From Vicinamibacterales bacterium (GTDB lineage: Bacteria > Acidobacteriota > Vicinamibacteria > Vicinamibacterales > 2-12-FULL-66-21): a stretch of 64,000 nt of DNA. This document shows positions 32,704 through 40,202 of this stretch, one piece after another; position 1 is the first letter of the stretch, and every line of letters begins with the position of its first letter. The translations under genes were made by a program, and so were the position numbers. The DNA is taken from positions 1,846 to 65,845 of the forward strand of contig DATLXP010000053.1 of assembly GCA_035575695.1 (NCBI GenBank), written 5' to 3'. Under the pieces are notes generated by a model. It saw only the letters and a list, made by a program, of their open reading frames with translations, was not told where the DNA came from and did no database searches.

Positions 32704-35153
32704 CCGGCGCCCTGGACGTTCAGTCGTATCGCGACGAGCGTAACCCGGGAGGCCAGGGAGGTCGCCGCGACGGAGCTGTCGGTGTCAACAGCAAGAAGCG
32801 CCGCTGCACACCGTCTCGCGTCGGCGCGACGTACCGCGCGACGGTCGAAGAGCCCTGGCTGCACGAGCCACTGCGCCGTCGACCGCTGCGACCCGCCGAT
32901 CCCGCGTTCGCGACGACGCAGCCGCTCGAGCAGTGCGGCGTATTGCGCGGTGGCCAGTCCGACGTCGGCAGAGGCCGCTGATTCAACCAGCACGCTGACC
33001 TGCGCGCCATGTTCTGCCTCGAATCGCCGAACCATCTCTCGCTGATCGTGTGCCTGCCGCGGCGGCTGGACGTTCCCCATGTCGAATGCGAGCGGCACGA
33101 TGACGTCATGGACGCCGCCCCCCTGATCGTTCTCGAGCGTCACCAGGTACACGAGCGTCAGCGAACCCGAGGTCGGACGTTTCCGGACGGTGACCACCGG
33201 CCGGGTCGTCGGGATGATGTCATGCCCGAAGCGGCGCTCACACACGATCCTCTCGACCTCGCGGTGTGCTTCGGCGCGGAGGTCGAGCGTCGCCACAGGA
33301 ACCGGCTCCTCGGTCTCGGGCACGGGTAGCGGGCGGCCCTCCATCACGGCCTGCGTGATGCGTGACTCGGTCAGCGCCGCCAGCATGCCGCGGCCAGCGC
33401 CGGCGCGACGGCCGGCGATGCGCGCCCGTCTGACGAGCGGTGCGAGTACGACCCGCTCGGCCGTGTGACGAGCCACGAGAAGGACTTCGTGCACGGTTCG
33501 GTGCTGCCCCAGACGATCGACCCGTCCGGTTCTCTGCGCCAGTCGTGCCGGCGTCCACGGCAATTCGAAATGGATGACGACACGGCATCGTGCGTGAAGG
33601 TTCAGGCCCTCGGACGCTGCGTCGGTGGCAAGCAGCAGCATCCCCCGCTCGTTGAAAGCCTGCTGAACGGCCGTCCTCTCGCGCGGCAGCATCCCGCCGT
33701 GCAGCAGCAGGGGCTCGAAGCCCGCGCAACGCAAGGCGCGCTCGAGATGGAGCAGCGTGTCCCGATACTCGGTGAAGACGATCGCCGGCTCTCTGGCGCG
33801 CATGAGATAGCGCTGCAGGAACGCGAGCTTGGACTCGCGCACGGTGGCACCGCGTGCGCACGACTCGATCCGTCCCAGGAGGGCGCGTTCCGTCTCGCGG
33901 TCTGCGAGACCCGGAGCGCCGAGCACCCGGTCGCTGACGTCGTCGTCGACGGTATCGTCATGGTCGAGCGGGAGCAGGAGCTGCGATGCGGCAGGCTCCG
34001 GGTCGACCGAGTCGAGCAACGATGTGCGCCTGCGCACCGAGGCGGCCAGTGACCAGGCGCTCGAGAGTGCCCGTTTGCGAAGGACGGCGGACGCGAGACG
34101 TGCGCGGGGATCCTTCCGGCCCTCCGCCTCCGTCCAGATCATCCGCGTGTATCGCTCGAGGAGCCGGTGCATCCTGCGTTCTGCCGTCGACAGGCGGACC
34201 TGCAGCAGCACCGTGCGGCGGGCGCCCGCGACGCCGGCCGCATGACGTGTTCGGCGGAACTCGACGCAAGGTTCGTCACCCGGCAGACGTCCGATGTCAG
34301 TGATTGCGGCGAGAGCCGGAGGGTCACCGTCGGGCGGCGTGGCGGTCAGGAGCAGCACGCGCCGCGATCGAACGCCGAGAGCGGAGGCGGCGCTCAGTCT
34401 GGCGGTGGCGGTGCCTGCCCCGTGCGCTTCATCGAGGACGAAGAGATCCCAGGTGACATCTTCGAGGGATCGCAAGACTTCCGGGCGTTTGACGAAGTCG
34501 AGCGACGCGAGATAGATACCCGGGAGGGCCCACGGGTTCACGTCCGGGGGGAGGTCGCGCGAGGCAGAGGCCAGCCACGCGGCGTCAGCCAGGACGACTT
34601 CGAGGGCGAACCGCGCGGAGAGCTCGCCGCGCCATTGCTCGCGAAGCGCCGCCGGCGTCACGATGACGGAGCGGCATCCGTCGACGTGATGGGATAGTTC
34701 ACTGAGCACCAGGCCCGCCTGGATCGTCTTGCCGAGACCCACCTCGTCTGCGATCAGGACGCGCGCATGGGCGTGGCGGAGCATGGCGAGCGCGGGTTCC
34801 ATCTGGAAGGGGAGCAGGTCGATCCGAGCGCCGGCTGCCCTCGCAAGGGACCCGAAGGGATGGCGCGCTGCCAGGATGCCGAGCACGATCCTGGTCCATC
34901 GATGATTGCCGACAACGCGCGGCCTGACCTCGGTTGGTCGTACGGTGACCCGGTCGAAGGGCAGCAGGAGTGTGCGCTCGCCCTCAGGCGCGACACGGTC
35001 GCCCGCACGGCCGGCGCCGAGATCGGGCGTGAGGCGCGTCAGCCTGAGTGACTCGCAGTCCGCGTGGCGCGTCCGTGACACGACCGACCATGCGTCCCCT
35101 CTCGCCGACACCCGGACGCCGGCTTTCAGGCACTCGTGTGACGGCTCGATCAT
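32700..35153 (-). CDS. SNF2 family (SF2) helicase/translocase
   Basis: 817 aa. LIADEVGLGKTIQAG (motif I), LFVLDEAHGAG (DEAH), LLLTATP, and a helicase-C block LATDAASEGLNLH...QRTGRVDRLGQ. Its stop overlaps (ATGA) the start of the methyltransferase. Confidence 0.85.
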   Translation of the reverse strand: MIEPSHECLKAGVRVSARGDAWSVVSRTRHADCESLRLTRLTPDLGAGRAGDRVAPEGERTLLLPFDRVTVRPTEVRPRVVGNHRWTRIVLGILAARHPFGSLARAAGARIDLLPFQMEPALAMLRHAHARVLIADEVGLGKTIQAGLVLSELSHHVDGCRSVIVTPAALREQWRGELSARFALEVVLADAAWLASASRDLPPDVNPWALPGIYLASLDFVKRPEVLRSLEDVTWDLFVLDEAHGAGTATARLSAASALGVRSRRVLLLTATPPDGDPPALAAITDIGRLPGDEPCVEFRRTRHAAGVAGARRTVLLQVRLSTAERRMHRLLERYTRMIWTEAEGRKDPRARLASAVLRKRALSSAWSLAASVRRRTSLLDSVDPEPAASQLLLPLDHDDTVDDDVSDRVLGAPGLADRETERALLGRIESCARGATVRESKLAFLQRYLMRAREPAIVFTEYRDTLLHLERALRCAGFEPLLLHGGMLPRERTAVQQAFNERGMLLLATDAASEGLNLHARCRVVIHFELPWTPARLAQRTGRVDRLGQHRTVHEVLLVARHTAERVVLAPLVRRARIAGRRAGAGRGMLAALTESRITQAVMEGRPLPVPETEEPVPVATLDLRAEAHREVERIVCERRFGHDIIPTTRPVVTVRKRPTSGSLTLVYLVTLENDQGGGVHDVIVPLAFDMGNVQPPRQAHDQREMVRRFEAEHGAQVSVLVESAASADVGLATAQYAALLERLRRRERGIGGSQRSTAQWLVQPGLFDRRAVRRADARRCAAALLAVDTDSSVAATSLASRVTLVAIRLNVQGAG

Positions 35154-35264
35154 GCGCGGCGTCAGGGCAACGACGATGCCGCGGCCGGAGCTGACGAAAA
35201 CGGCGCACTGTTGGGGGAGCCCCGCGCCGGAGGTCGCGAATGCTGTCGAACCTGCGACCTGCTG

Positions 35265-36968
35265 TCAGCGGGAAGTACGAATTTCTTCCAATGCGCGCTT
35301 CGAGAGGATCACGGGACCGGAGGAGGCGGCTGGCGCTTCCGCACATGCGGGCACCCGCACGCGGCGTATCCGGCATCCACGCGGGTATGCGAAGCCCGAC
35401 ACATACACCGGCAGCCCGAGCCGGGCCAGGAGCGCGACCGCGTCATCCGGCTCCGAGGGGGGTGCCGCTGCGGGGCGTGAGGTCCGGGCCCACGCGGCGA
35501 TCGGCATGTTCTTGAAGATGCTGTCGACACCCGTTCCGGTGACGACCGCCCTGAAGTCGGCGAACGGATCGCTGGATGTACGTGGTGCCTCGCGCGGTTG
35601 AGCCGTCTTTGGCGTCTTCGCCGCCGGCGGCGTGGACGTGAGAGCGGAGACCTCTCGCCTGGCGGCTACCACCGCGGGCTGCGCCTTGCGCTGCTTCTCA
35701 CGGCGCGCACGTCGTTCAGCGGCGGCGGCGTCGCCACTGGTGCGCAGCTGTCGTTCGTGCTCTGCCGCTTCCTGCGCGGCCCGCCTGCGCATCTCCTCCG
35801 CTTCGCGCTGACGTTCGGCTTCCATCGCGCGACCCGCGGCCGCCTCGGCTTCGCGTGTCAGGCGCTCGCGCTCGGCGACCTGAGCCGCCTCGAGCACGCG
35901 GCGTTCATCGTCCATGCGCGCGCGCTCTGCCTCGAGCGTGCGTTCGGCGACGGCTGCCGCTTCCCGCATGAGGCGGTCCCGGACGCCGGCTTCTTCCGCC
36001 TCGATCCTGCGTCGTTCTTCTTCGCGGCGGTCGCGATCGGCCTGGCGCTCGCGTTCTGCCGCGGCGGCCGCTTCGCGCATCAGCCGTTCACGCTCGGCCG
36101 CTTCGGACATCTCGCGGCGCTGACGCTCCTCGTCGAAACGCCGACGCTCGTCGGCACGTGCGAGCTCAGCGGCGGCGTCCGCGGCACGCATGAGCCGCTC
36201 ACGCTCCGCGGCTTCCTCCGCTTCGTGCGCCTTGCGCTCTTCGTCGAACCGCAGGCGCTCGGCGAGATGCGCGCGCTGGGCTGCGGCTTCGGCGTCGAGG
36301 AGCTGGCGCTCTCGTTCTGCGGCCTCCTCGGCTTCGAGGATCCGTTGTTCCTCTCTCTCGCGGCGCTCCCGGTCGCGTTCGGCCGCCTGCGCGGCCTCGA
36401 GGCGTTGCCGGAATTGGTGCTCTTCATGCTCGGCTCGCTGGCGCTCTTCAAGTTCGGCGCGCTGTCGCTCGCGCATCTCCCGCGTCTGGCGTTCGAGTTC
36501 GGCCGCCTCGACGTCGATCGGCGAGGCATCACTCTGCGCAGGGGTCACGGCCTGTGTTTCCGCCTTCAGTTCGGCGGCGCGGGCGAGATAGGAGCGAACT
36601 TCTTCCGCGAACATGGCCGGATCGCACCCGACCATCTGTGTGGTCTCCTTCTTCCTGCGCAGACGTCCGAGGAGTCCGCCACCGGCAACCGGTTCGTCCG
36701 GAGCCGCCGACGCCAGCATCGGGATCGTGTGCGTCTGCACGTGCTCCACGCCGTCCCGCGTGCGCAGATGCGAGATCAGGTCGTCTTCGTCACGGGGAGA
36801 CAGGAGCGCGGTCAGGAGGATGACGTCGGGAACTCTCGTGGAGATTGCCGCGACCGCCGCGTCGCGCGACTCCACGATGATCATCTCCGCGTGAACGTCC
36901 GTCGTGATGACGTGCCGCAGCAGCGCGGCCTGGCGCTGGTCCGGTTCGAGCGCAAGTATGAAGGGCAA
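35265..36968 (-). CDS. pseudo-receiver domain protein with a long Glu/Arg/Ala-rich repetitive coiled coil (FrzS-like architecture)
   Basis: 567 aa. CheY-like N-terminus in which the phospho-acceptor position reads DVILLTALLS (Thr, not Asp). About 280 aa of repeats of the type EAAERERLMREAAAAAER. Unassigned ~110-aa C-terminal domain. Confidence 0.6.
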   Translation of the reverse strand: MPFILALEPDQRQAALLRHVITTDVHAEMIIVESRDAAVAAISTRVPDVILLTALLSPRDEDDLISHLRTRDGVEHVQTHTIPMLASAAPDEPVAGGGLLGRLRRKKETTQMVGCDPAMFAEEVRSYLARAAELKAETQAVTPAQSDASPIDVEAAELERQTREMRERQRAELEERQRAEHEEHQFRQRLEAAQAAERDRERREREEQRILEAEEAAERERQLLDAEAAAQRAHLAERLRFDEERKAHEAEEAAERERLMRAADAAAELARADERRRFDEERQRREMSEAAERERLMREAAAAAERERQADRDRREEERRRIEAEEAGVRDRLMREAAAVAERTLEAERARMDDERRVLEAAQVAERERLTREAEAAAGRAMEAERQREAEEMRRRAAQEAAEHERQLRTSGDAAAAERRARREKQRKAQPAVVAARREVSALTSTPPAAKTPKTAQPREAPRTSSDPFADFRAVVTGTGVDSIFKNMPIAAWARTSRPAAAPPSEPDDAVALLARLGLPVYVSGFAYPRGCRIRRVRVPACAEAPAASSGPVILSKRALEEIRTSR

Positions 36969-36972
36969 TTGG

Positions 36973-37239
36973 CTACGTCCTCACCATGAACAGGAACAGC
37001 ACGGCGCCAACGGTCGCGAAGATCAGCAGCGGTGCATTCTCGATACTGTGATGTTTCGCGGCGGTGACGACCGCATCGCCGAGGACCGACGCGCGGTCGC
37101 TCCATGACGACACGGAGGTGCCCCCCGCCAGCAGGTCACTGAAGCGGTCCTTGACCCGTGCGTCTATGGATACAAGCGTCAGCAGCAGCACGACGAACAC
37201 GGCTGCGGACGCGAACCCCTGTCGGATTCCAAATTTCAT
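36973..37239 (-). CDS. small membrane protein, unknown function
   Basis: 88 aa from the ATG at 37239 (MKFGIRQGF...). Hydrophobic N- and C-terminal segments. Only 4 nt upstream of the next gene. Confidence 0.45.
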   Translation of the reverse strand: MKFGIRQGFASAAVFVVLLLTLVSIDARVKDRFSDLLAGGTSVSSWSDRASVLGDAVVTAAKHHSIENAPLLIFATVGAVLFLFMVRT

Positions 37240-37559
37240 GACGGACTCCGTTTCTTCCTCGCAGGATGCGGCGCGTCGTCCAGTCGCAATCCATGTGCCC
37301 ACCGCGCATCAATCGGCGAACGCGTCGTTTGGGCCTGAAACGTGCGCGTATCAATTAAGGGCGTGGAACGAGCGCCGACCACAGCCGTGCTTCGCGGGGT
37401 CTCCCCGAAAACGAAATTCGCGGCGGCGCTTACGAAAGTGGCGGGTCGGCGGCTCGTGCGACGGGGCCGGCGGCGTGACTGACGCGGGCGATCTGGAGGG
37501 GCGTGAATGGCAACGTGCAGAACGAGTTGCGGGTTGTTGTGAGGTGCCGATCGCGCATG

Positions 37560-37574
37560 TGGCACACCCGTTGC
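37560..37574 (+). promoter_or_regulatory. sigma-54 (-24/-12) promoter upstream of flp
   Basis: TGGCACACCCGTTGC is a perfect match to TGGCAC-N5-TTGC. It lies about 105 nt upstream of the flp ATG. Confidence 0.6.
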
Positions 37575-37679
37575 GATTCGGTCTGGCGTGCCGCGGCAAG
37601 TCGCCAGGCGCACTCACACAAACGACTGCGGCAACCCCGCAGCATCGCACCGCGAGGCGGTGCACACCTGGAGGATGAC

Positions 37680-37853
37680 ATGACTCAGCTCGTCACATTC
37701 GTGAAGAATCTTTCCCGCAACGAAGAAGGCCAGGACCTGCTCGAGTACGCATTGCTCGTAGCGCTCATCGCGCTCGTCGCGATCGTGGCCGTCACGGCAG
37801 CCGGCGGCGCGGTCAGCACGATCTTCTCAAATATCGCTACCGCACTCGGCTAA
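37680..37853 (+). CDS. flp: Flp family type IVb pilin
   Basis: 57 aa. GGAGGA SD. Flp motif EEGQDLLEYALLVALIALV with the processing site after Gly. Confidence 0.85.
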   Translation: MTQLVTFVKNLSRNEEGQDLLEYALLVALIALVAIVAVTAAGGAVSTIFSNIATALG

Positions 37854-37860
37854 TCAATCC

Positions 37861-38050
37861 GGTAGGTCAAGGGTGCCAGGGAGGGTGCGATGTGGACAAG
37901 GGGTGCGGAGTGGAGTGCACGGAGCGTGGCGGGGCAAGGGGTGCAGGGTGCGCAATCGCGCAGTGCAACTCGCTCTCGTTTCGCACCGCGCGAGACTTCA
38001 TCGCACCCCGTCGCACCCCCTGCGCACCCCGTCTCGCTTCCCGCGCACTC
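37861..38050. repeat. inverted arrays of GGGTGC / GCACCC words between the two flp genes
   Basis: The left half carries at least 6 (G)GGTGC(G) words. The right half carries at least 5 CGCACC(CC) words. Confidence 0.65.
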
Positions 38051-38075
38051 GGGACCCGGTGACCTTGAGGTAGAC

Positions 38076-38252
38076 ATGCAAACCGCAATACGGCTCATCA
38101 CGCGCTTCCGCCGTAACGAAGAGGGGCAGGACCTGCTCGAGTACGGATTGCTGGCGGCGCTGATCGCCGTGTTCGCCATGGGTGCGGTCACGGTGCTCGG
38201 CACGACCATCCTCAACGTGTTCTGGTCCGCAATTGCCGCCGCCAACATCTAG
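38076..38252 (+). CDS. flp: Flp family type IVb pilin (second copy)
   Basis: 58 aa. EEGQDLLEYGLLAALIAVF Flp motif. Confidence 0.85.
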   Translation: MQTAIRLITRFRRNEEGQDLLEYGLLAALIAVFAMGAVTVLGTTILNVFWSAIAAANI

Positions 38253-38745
38253 CGCGGCGCTCGCCGTACTCGCCGCGGGACTCGCGGTGGCCACGGTGAT
38301 CGACATCCGGTCGCGGCGCATTCCGAACGATCTGACCGCCGTCATGGCCGGTCTCGGCATCGGGCTCGCGGCCACGGGAACGAGCGGCATCACGGTCGCT
38401 GCCTCGTTCGGAGGATTTTTTCTCGGGCTCCTGCTGATGATGCCGGGCTATGCACTCGGCGCGACGGGAGCCGGCGACGTGAAGCTGATGGCCGCCGTGG
38501 GAGCCATCGTGGGACCGCCGCTCGTGCTGTCGGCGTTTCTCTTCACGTCGGTCGCGGGAGGCGTGCTCGCCGTCATCGTGGCGCTGCGCCGGAAGCAGCT
38601 CGCCGCCACCCTCGCGCAGACGGGCCGCCTCGTGGCCGCCCCGACCGCAGCGCCCAGGGCGATGAAAGCGGCACCAGGCTTGAGCCGGTTCGCATACGGC
38701 CCGGCGATCGCGATCGGAAGCGTCATCGCGATGCTCATTCGGTAA
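38182..38745 (+). CDS. cpaA: A24 family prepilin peptidase (CpaA/TadV type); start codon uncertain
   Basis: VIDIRSRRIPNDL and GAGDVKLMAAVGA catalytic Asp motifs. The ATG at 38182 overlaps flp2 by 71 nt. The only in-frame alternative is the GTG at 38287, which would truncate the first TM segment. Confidence 0.7.
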   Translation: MRSRCSARPSSTCSGPQLPPPTSSAALAVLAAGLAVATVIDIRSRRIPNDLTAVMAGLGIGLAATGTSGITVAASFGGFFLGLLLMMPGYALGATGAGDVKLMAAVGAIVGPPLVLSAFLFTSVAGGVLAVIVALRRKQLAATLAQTGRLVAAPTAAPRAMKAAPGLSRFAYGPAIAIGSVIAMLIR

Positions 38746-38747
38746 AC

Positions 38748-38808
38748 GTAGGCCCGACCTCAGGTCGGGCGCCGTGGAGTGGAGTAGGCCCGACCTTCAG
38801 GTCGGGCG
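38748..38808. repeat. REP-C, two direct copies
   Basis: Copies at 38748-38771 and 38784-38808, between the prepilin peptidase and tadE genes. Confidence 0.85.
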
Positions 38809-38821
38809 TTTGGAGACAGCA

Positions 38822-39244
38822 ATGAAGCGCATCAGAAATCAACGTGGCGCGGCGCTCCTCGAGACGGCGATCACGCTGCCGCTCGTGCTGCTGGTCACGG
38901 TCTCCATCTTCGAGTTCGGCCGCGCCTATCAGACCTGGCAGGTCATCACGAACGCCGCGCGCGAAGGCGCCCGCATCTCGATCATCGCCGGCACGACCGA
39001 CGGGCAGGTGACAAACGCGGTGCGCAGCTACATGGAGGGCGGACAGCTGCGGGAGGCGGGGAGCGCCGCGATCACCGTCCAGCGCAACGTACCGTTCGGC
39101 AACACCACGGCCTCGAGCATCCGCGTCGCCTACCCGTTCAACTTCACGGTGCTCAATCCCGTGATCCGCCTTATTCAGAGTAATTCCACCACCGGCAGGG
39201 GTACGACGACGATGGTGTCCTCCGCGCTCATGCGGAACGAGTAA
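38822..39244 (+). CDS. TadE/TadG family pseudopilin-like pilus assembly protein
   Basis: 140 aa from the ATG at 38822. TadE N-terminal motif RGAALLETAITLPLVLLVTVSIFEFG. Confidence 0.8.
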   Translation: MKRIRNQRGAALLETAITLPLVLLVTVSIFEFGRAYQTWQVITNAAREGARISIIAGTTDGQVTNAVRSYMEGGQLREAGSAAITVQRNVPFGNTTASSIRVAYPFNFTVLNPVIRLIQSNSTTGRGTTTMVSSALMRNE

Positions 39245-39278
39245 CGCGAACGCAAGCCTGTAAGTCTGGAGACTGATA

Positions 39279-40142
39279 ATGCGCAACCGAATCTTCGCCG
39301 TTTTCGCCATCGCCATCCTTGCCGGCGGCGGCCTCGCGTATGGCACCTACAGCTTCATGCAGGCCTCGCCGGCAAAGGCCGTCGATGCGCCGACGCAGCC
39401 CGTCGTGGTGGCGGCGGCGGACCTTCAACTGGGCGCCGCGCTCAAGAAGGAAGACCTCAAGACGATTGCGTTCCCGGTCGGCACGGCTCCGGAGGGGGCG
39501 TTCTCGCAGCCGGCCGAGCTCCTTGGCCGCGGGCTCATTGTCCCGGTGGTGAAGAACGAGATCATCCTCGGGGCGAAACTCGCATCCAAGGAGGCGGGCG
39601 CCGGCCTGCCCCCGGTCATTCCCGAGGGGATGCGCGGCGTGTCGGTCCGCGTCAACGAAGTCGTCGGCGTCGCCGGCTACGTGCTCCCGGGCAACCGCGT
39701 GGATGTCGTCGCGACCGCAAGCCCCACGGATTCGCGCGCGGACACGACGTCGAAGGTCGTGCTGTCGAACGTGCAGGTGCTCACGGCCGGCACGCGCATG
39801 GAGCAGGACCAGGACCAGAACAAGCCCGTGCAGGTGACGGTCGTGACCCTGCTCGTCACGCCCGAACAGGCCGAGCGCCTCGCGCTGGCAAGCACCGAGG
39901 GCAAGATCCAGCTCGCGCTTCGTAACCCGTTGGACATGGGCGCGCCCGAGACACCCGGTATCCGGACCGCGGGATTGATGGGCGGCAGGCCTGCCGCCGC
40001 CGCAGCACCCCAGCGCGTCGCGTCGTCTCCGCGTCCGCGCCAGCGCACACAGCCCCAGGCGGCACCGGCTCCCGCAGCGGCGCCCGCACCGTCGGTCGAG
40101 ATCATTCGCGGCGACAAGCGCTCGGTCGAAGTCATCAAGTAG
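39279..40142 (+). CDS. cpaB: Flp pilus assembly protein CpaB (SAF/RcpC domains)
   Basis: 287 aa. N-terminal TM segment. CpaB blocks VVVAAADLQLGAAL, GVSVRVNEVVGVAGYVLPGNRVDVV. Pro/Ala-rich tail. Confidence 0.85.
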   Translation: MRNRIFAVFAIAILAGGGLAYGTYSFMQASPAKAVDAPTQPVVVAAADLQLGAALKKEDLKTIAFPVGTAPEGAFSQPAELLGRGLIVPVVKNEIILGAKLASKEAGAGLPPVIPEGMRGVSVRVNEVVGVAGYVLPGNRVDVVATASPTDSRADTTSKVVLSNVQVLTAGTRMEQDQDQNKPVQVTVVTLLVTPEQAERLALASTEGKIQLALRNPLDMGAPETPGIRTAGLMGGRPAAAAAPQRVASSPRPRQRTQPQAAPAPAAAPAPSVEIIRGDKRSVEVIK

Positions 40143-40202
40143 CTGACAGCTCTCAGCGAACAGCTCTCAGCTTTTTACCGTCAGCTTTCAGCGAAAAAGG
40201 AA

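Noticed and set aside
29425-37239. Horizontally acquired genomic island containing the helicase-methylase pair
   Set aside because: No integrase, tRNA target, flanking direct repeats or obvious compositional shift was seen by eye. Island status would need computed GC and codon statistics.
38182-38252. Frameshift or fusion between flp2 and the prepilin peptidase, because of their 71-nt overlap
   Set aside because: Both reading frames are intact and the overlap depends only on the choice of the ATG at 38182. The true peptidase start is simply uncertain (no canonical start codon between 38253 and 38286).
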